Virus record (IMG/VR): IMGVR_UViG_3300038492_000581
Coordinates: 25,815-89,814 of that record
Reading direction: 5' to 3' (one strand)
DNA length: 64,000 nt
DNA from: a virus
Lineage: Duplodnaviria; Heunggongvirae; Uroviricota; Caudoviricetes
Shown one piece after another: positions 62,519-64,000 of this stretch; the first letter of the stretch is position 1; each line of letters opens with the position of its first letter. Made by a program: the position numbers and the translations under genes. Under the pieces are notes generated by a model. The model was not told the DNA's origin and did no database searches. It was given only the letters and a program-made list of their open reading frames with translations.

Positions 62519-64000
62519 ATGACTTTTACTGCTGTAAAAGCTGTGTTTGAATTTAATGGTATGCCGGACGTGGTATGTCAACTTGACGAGGTCAAGCACG
62601 TTGTTGTTTCTCAACCTGGAAAATCCGACCATATTGTTGAGTGTGGTTTAAAAACTGGTCATGAGGATGGCGTCGTCGGAGTTAACTCCCATTTCCAGCC
62701 GTATGTCCGCAACAGAGGTACGACTCATTTCACCAACTTTTCTGGCGAAGAAAATCATTATGTTTTGCCGGACAACTGGTATCTGGAATTTGAGGGAACA
62801 GAGTCTACGGTTGACCAAACCGTCCGTTGGGATAGGAGCAACAAAACCGATACATATATTAACGTGAATGGGACTTGTTTTGGTCTTCGCGACGGGTGGG
62901 CCCAAGAACCATGTGCTATCCAAACTTTCGCGGATGGTCGTTTGCGAATTTACATGCTGGATAACACGAATCCCAATTACTCATATCCACCTATGCCGTC
63001 AACTTTCCGTACGCCCGGAATTCCAGAATCCTCAAATCATCACACGTTCCGCGGCGGGCTCATGAAGATGTGGGACATCTATGTTTTGTCGACCAGCAAT
63101 ATTTCCCGACTTCAGCTTCCATCTCAACCGAATTTGACTCCCGCTCAATATTCGGAACTTTACACTTTTGTTGGTATGCAATCTGCATCGGTTCGTGCCA
63201 GCCGTCCACCACGTTTTAAGAAGTTACTTGAGTCAATGAATCGTATTGGAACAACTACGATTGACGGTCAAGATCAGAGGTCCGCGATTTGGTATTGGAT
63301 GCGGGGAGACGACAGATTTCATTACCATGGTTGGAACAACGATGTTTTCGATGTTTCCAGCCAAGCTCATAATATTGGATGGAAACAATGGCCTGATATT
63401 TGGTGGGCTGACGGTCCGTACAACCTTGGTTACGATTGGTTGCTTACAGCTATCCGTCTTTGGCTTGATACAAACAGTCCAGTATGGTGGAACATTGTAG
63501 AAAGATGGGCTCGTTTTGCGGCAACCACATCGCTTTGCTGGAATACCGATCTACCAGACGCAAACGCCGGACGAACTTCGTTTGATCCAGAAGACTCCAA
63601 TTTTGTTGGATTCGGCAAATGGGGTGGACGACAGTGGTACGAAAAAGGTGAAACTGCATATGGTAATGAAATTGGTGCTCAGTACTGGCCTTCTGAGTAT
63701 AAGCAATACGCAAAAGGACTACTTGCCGCTTCTATTATCTACCCAGGAGCGTGGTGGGCAGAAGAAGGCTTGTCTTTTTTTCTGAAACGTCTTGATCAGG
63801 ATGGCCAATCAAATTGGGGTGGAAGGTATGGTCATCGGACTGCCGGCTGGAAGATGATGAATCCGACAGCAGCATATCGTCGTACCGGAAAAGAAGAATT
63901 CCGCACCAACGCTATTGCCGAAGCACATAATTTTATCAATCTGTGTAAGACGCCAGATAATCGTCTTTGGGAAACGGCATACCATGGAGAAGATTCGATT
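62519..64000 (+). CDS. large hypothetical Trp/Asn-rich protein, N-terminal 494 aa. The gene continues past the window end. Possible structural protein or glycan-binding protein.
   Basis: AAAGGAGACATCTATG RBS. The frame stays open from 62519 to the last base. It is absent from the ORF track, presumably because no stop lies within the window. Confidence 0.55.
   Translation, partial: MTFTAVKAVFEFNGMPDVVCQLDEVKHVVVSQPGKSDHIVECGLKTGHEDGVVGVNSHFQPYVRNRGTTHFTNFSGEENHYVLPDNWYLEFEGTESTVDQTVRWDRSNKTDTYINVNGTCFGLRDGWAQEPCAIQTFADGRLRIYMLDNTNPNYSYPPMPSTFRTPGIPESSNHHTFRGGLMKMWDIYVLSTSNISRLQLPSQPNLTPAQYSELYTFVGMQSASVRASRPPRFKKLLESMNRIGTTTIDGQDQRSAIWYWMRGDDRFHYHGWNNDVFDVSSQAHNIGWKQWPDIWWADGPYNLGYDWLLTAIRLWLDTNSPVWWNIVERWARFAATTSLCWNTDLPDANAGRTSFDPEDSNFVGFGKWGGRQWYEKGETAYGNEIGAQYWPSEYKQYAKGLLAASIIYPGAWWAEEGLSFFLKRLDQDGQSNWGGRYGHRTAGWKMMNPTAAYRRTGKEEFRTNAIAEAHNFINLCKTPDNRLWETAYHGEDSI

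Noticed and set aside
1-64000. CRISPR array, integrase, transposase, rRNA
   Set aside because: No spaced short direct repeats, no tyrosine- or serine-recombinase motifs and no rRNA-like segments were seen. Mobile DNA appears limited to HNH (and possibly GIY-YIG-like) homing endonucleases.

Overview
This 64 kb window reads as a contiguous piece of a large virulent dsDNA phage genome, not a bacterial chromosome. Genes are tightly packed, many overlap by 1 to 4 nt at start and stop (ATGA, TAATG), and the content is typical of phage auxiliary metabolism. There are three transcription blocks: 1 to 48.9 kb is almost entirely minus strand, 49.9 to 58.1 kb is plus strand, 58.3 to 62.4 kb is minus strand, and a long plus-strand ORF starts at 62519 and runs off the end of the window.

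The main features are as follows.

1. DNA metabolism on the minus strand: SbcC/Rad50-like ATPase, DnaQ-like 3'-5' exonuclease, dNMP kinase, SSB, ATP-dependent DNA ligase, dCMP deaminase-like protein and a DenV-like glycosylase.

2. An RNA and tRNA repair and maturation set: T4 Rnl1-like RNA ligase, a second RNA ligase with an N-terminal tRNA-binding domain, Pnk-like 5'-kinase, Thg1-like tRNA-His guanylyltransferase, an HD domain resembling the CCA-enzyme HD domain, other HD phosphohydrolases and three tandem HAD phosphatases.

3. An NAD salvage pair: nicotinamide phosphoribosyltransferase (NadV) and a Nudix hydrolase.

4. A MoxR/CobS-like AAA+ ATPase next to a CobT-like vWA protein, a second vWA protein, an SPFH protein and an AAA ATPase.

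5. At least two sigma-70-like factors, one of them partial at the window start.

6. A very large tRNA gene array, about 14.6 to 45.3 kb on the minus strand. I could fold roughly 25 canonical tRNAs by eye and several atypical tRNA-like elements. The array is interspersed with small ORFs and six paralogous HNH homing-endonuclease genes, two of them on the opposite strand.

Several ORFs in the provided track are plainly artefacts of reading through tRNA genes, and their real starts are internal Met codons downstream of the tRNA. No CRISPR array, rRNA, integrase or transposase was seen.

All tRNA folds were done by eye and their coordinates may be off by 1 or 2 nt. All protein calls rest on recognisable motifs only; no database search was possible.
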